53,817 nt of DNA from Candidatus Iainarchaeum sp. Its GTDB lineage: Archaea; Iainarchaeota; Iainarchaeia; Iainarchaeales; DTGL01. The translations under genes and the position numbers were made by a program. Under the pieces are notes generated by a model, which was not told the DNA's origin, made no database searches, and saw nothing but the letters and a program-made list of their open reading frames with translations. Shown piece by piece: positions 52,619-53,817 of the stretch. The stretch covers positions 1 to 53,817 of the forward strand of contig JAPLVS010000079.1 in assembly GCA_026396995.1 (NCBI GenBank). The letters are read 5' to 3'. Position 1 is the stretch's first letter; the number at the start of each line of letters is the position of its first letter.

Positions 52619-53817
52619 TTAAGTGCCGCCTTTTCTGCCTGCATCCTGGCCGCTTTTATCCGGCGCCTCAGGCGGCTTTGTCCCTGAATCGCTTTTCCCG
52701 GTTTCGGCTGTTGTGCCGGTGTCATCGCAGAAATTGAATTTCTGCCAGACCTTGTATGTTGCAACGACTTCCGCAGCATACTGGTTTAGGGCGTCCTTAT
52801 CGTCCACGAACTTTTCTTTCGCCAGCTGTTTCACTGTTTCCCCGGCGCTTTCGGCAGGCATCGCTTCCCCTGGTTCGGCGCTTCCCGAAAGCATGGCTTT
52901 CCTGAGTTTGCTTGCAGCGCATTCTATGGCCTGCTCCTGTTCTTCAGGGGTGAACTTTTGGCTGTACCAGTCTTTCTGGATGCACTGGTCCCCGTCGCAG
53001 CATCCGTCAATGTTTTCCGGGCTTGTGAAAAGAACCGACATCAGGAGCGCTTCATCCAACTTGTTTGCCTGGTCGCTGATGCATTCGGCTGCAATTTTTG
53101 GATTGTGGTCGTAGTATGCGAGCACCTGTGCCTGTGTGACGCCCTTGACTTCAGGGTCAGGCATCAGGCAGCCTATAAGCTCGTCTATGCCCTGCTCCAA
53201 TTGCTTCTTGCAGTCCTCTGCCTTCCAGTATTCTGCGGTTTTCTTTACAATTGCTTCGCCCATTTTTGCAATGTCTTCCTCCTTGACTTCTTCGATTGAA
53301 ACATGCGTTATGCCCTTGTCATCCATTGTAATTGTTATATGGTACGGCTTGAATTTCCTGAACACTTCCACCCCTTCATAATTCGACAAAGGCCCTGCGA
53401 AATTAAAGCTCTGGCCTGCCTGGGCCTCTGCCCTGAGGTCGCCGAGCTGCATGTTCAATACCCACTGCTGTGCCTGCAGTCCCGCAAGGTTTGCGAGGAC
53501 GCCGCAGCCGACGCTTTTGAGAATTCTCGACCAAAAACCAGGCTTCGCCAGGCTCTTCAGGAAATTCTTTATTCTTTCGCCAGGCTTCACTCCTCCCTTT
53601 AGGCCGGTCGCGCCTGGGCTGGTTTCTGCAAAGGCCTGTTTTGTGATGTCTTCGACATTGCCGCCGACTGCAGTGGCAAGGTCATCCGCATACTGGCTTG
53701 ATTTCAGGGAGCCTACTGCTTCAGACACCGCATTCTTTGCGCTTGTTTTTGACACCGCAGTCCCGTTTCTAAGGTTCGAGCGGATCTTGTTGCTGAGGAA
53801 TTCTTTTATTTTGTCCG
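52619..53817 (-). CDS. hypothetical protein, 5'-truncated by the window edge
   Basis: The track start (53755) is a GTG, but hand translation shows the frame stays open to position 53817 ('...DKIKEFLSNKIRSNLRNGTAVSKTSAKNAV...'). Contains 'DGCCDGDQC'. No recognised domain. Confidence 0.6.
   Translation of the reverse strand, partial: DKIKEFLSNKIRSNLRNGTAVSKTSAKNAVSEAVGSLKSSQYADDLATAVGGNVEDITKQAFAETSPGATGLKGGVKPGERIKNFLKSLAKPGFWSRILKSVGCGVLANLAGLQAQQWVLNMQLGDLRAEAQAGQSFNFAGPLSNYEGVEVFRKFKPYHITITMDDKGITHVSIEEVKEEDIAKMGEAIVKKTAEYWKAEDCKKQLEQGIDELIGCLMPDPEVKGVTQAQVLAYYDHNPKIAAECISDQANKLDEALLMSVLFTSPENIDGCCDGDQCIQKDWYSQKFTPEEQEQAIECAASKLRKAMLSGSAEPGEAMPAESAGETVKQLAKEKFVDDKDALNQYAAEVVATYKVWQKFNFCDDTGTTAETGKSDSGTKPPEAPDKSGQDAGRKGGT

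Noticed and set aside
1-53817. Searched by eye for CRISPR arrays, rRNA genes, transposases or integrases, and an intein in PolB.
   Set aside because: No regularly spaced repeat-spacer array was found. The only short repeats are the tRNA-trailer units and the promoter-region repeats. No rRNA-like segments or recombinase motifs were recognised. PolB is a normal 805-821 aa with contiguous motifs A-C.

Overview
Gene-dense archaeal chromosome segment with a strong minus-strand bias. The archaeal call rests on four things read directly from the sequence. These are a family-B DNA polymerase, a type-2 methionine aminopeptidase, a tRNA-Arg with a 97-nt intron at the canonical 37/38 position, and GGTG/GGAGG-type ribosome-binding sites. 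The mix of compact housekeeping genes, many tiny membrane proteins and enormous surface proteins resembles small-genome episymbiotic (DPANN-like) archaea, but that placement is inference only. No database search was possible.

Left part (1-20 kb): ordinary and accessory genes. They include an alpha/beta hydrolase, a YkgJ-type Cys-cluster protein, a gamma-CA-like LbH protein, MarC, HicB-like, RpiA, and a membrane-tethered ArsR-type regulator. Also present are a free-standing LAGLIDADG endonuclease, HisRS, a PAS protein, DUF457-like and ICMT-like proteins, a PRTase-domain protein, MetAP and PolB. Six complete tRNA genes (Glu-CUC, CAU, Thr-GGU, His-GUG, Leu-CAG, Arg-GCG) and one tRNA fragment at the left edge are interspersed. 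Most of the tRNAs sit directly upstream of a co-directional ORF.

Right part (about 21.6-53.8 kb): this is the unusual region. Three tandem paralogous giant ORFs (2369, 2991 and 2553 aa, about 23.7 kb) encode N-terminally anchored proteins made of repeated beta-sandwich modules. On the same strand they are preceded by a 555-aa protein with a pilin-like N-terminus and an ORF that runs off the window. They are followed by five small polytopic membrane proteins, two of which have Gly/Met-rich tails.

A four-half-site palindromic element (TATCAAA[A/G]GAC) occurs twice. Each copy has the same orientation and the same ~125-nt spacing upstream of a start codon: one before the 2991-aa gene, one before a divergently placed acidic/Pro-rich protein gene. 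The second copy also abuts a HerA-like NTPase gene whose Walker motifs look degenerate. I read this as a candidate undescribed cell-surface or attachment module. All functional statements about it are inference.
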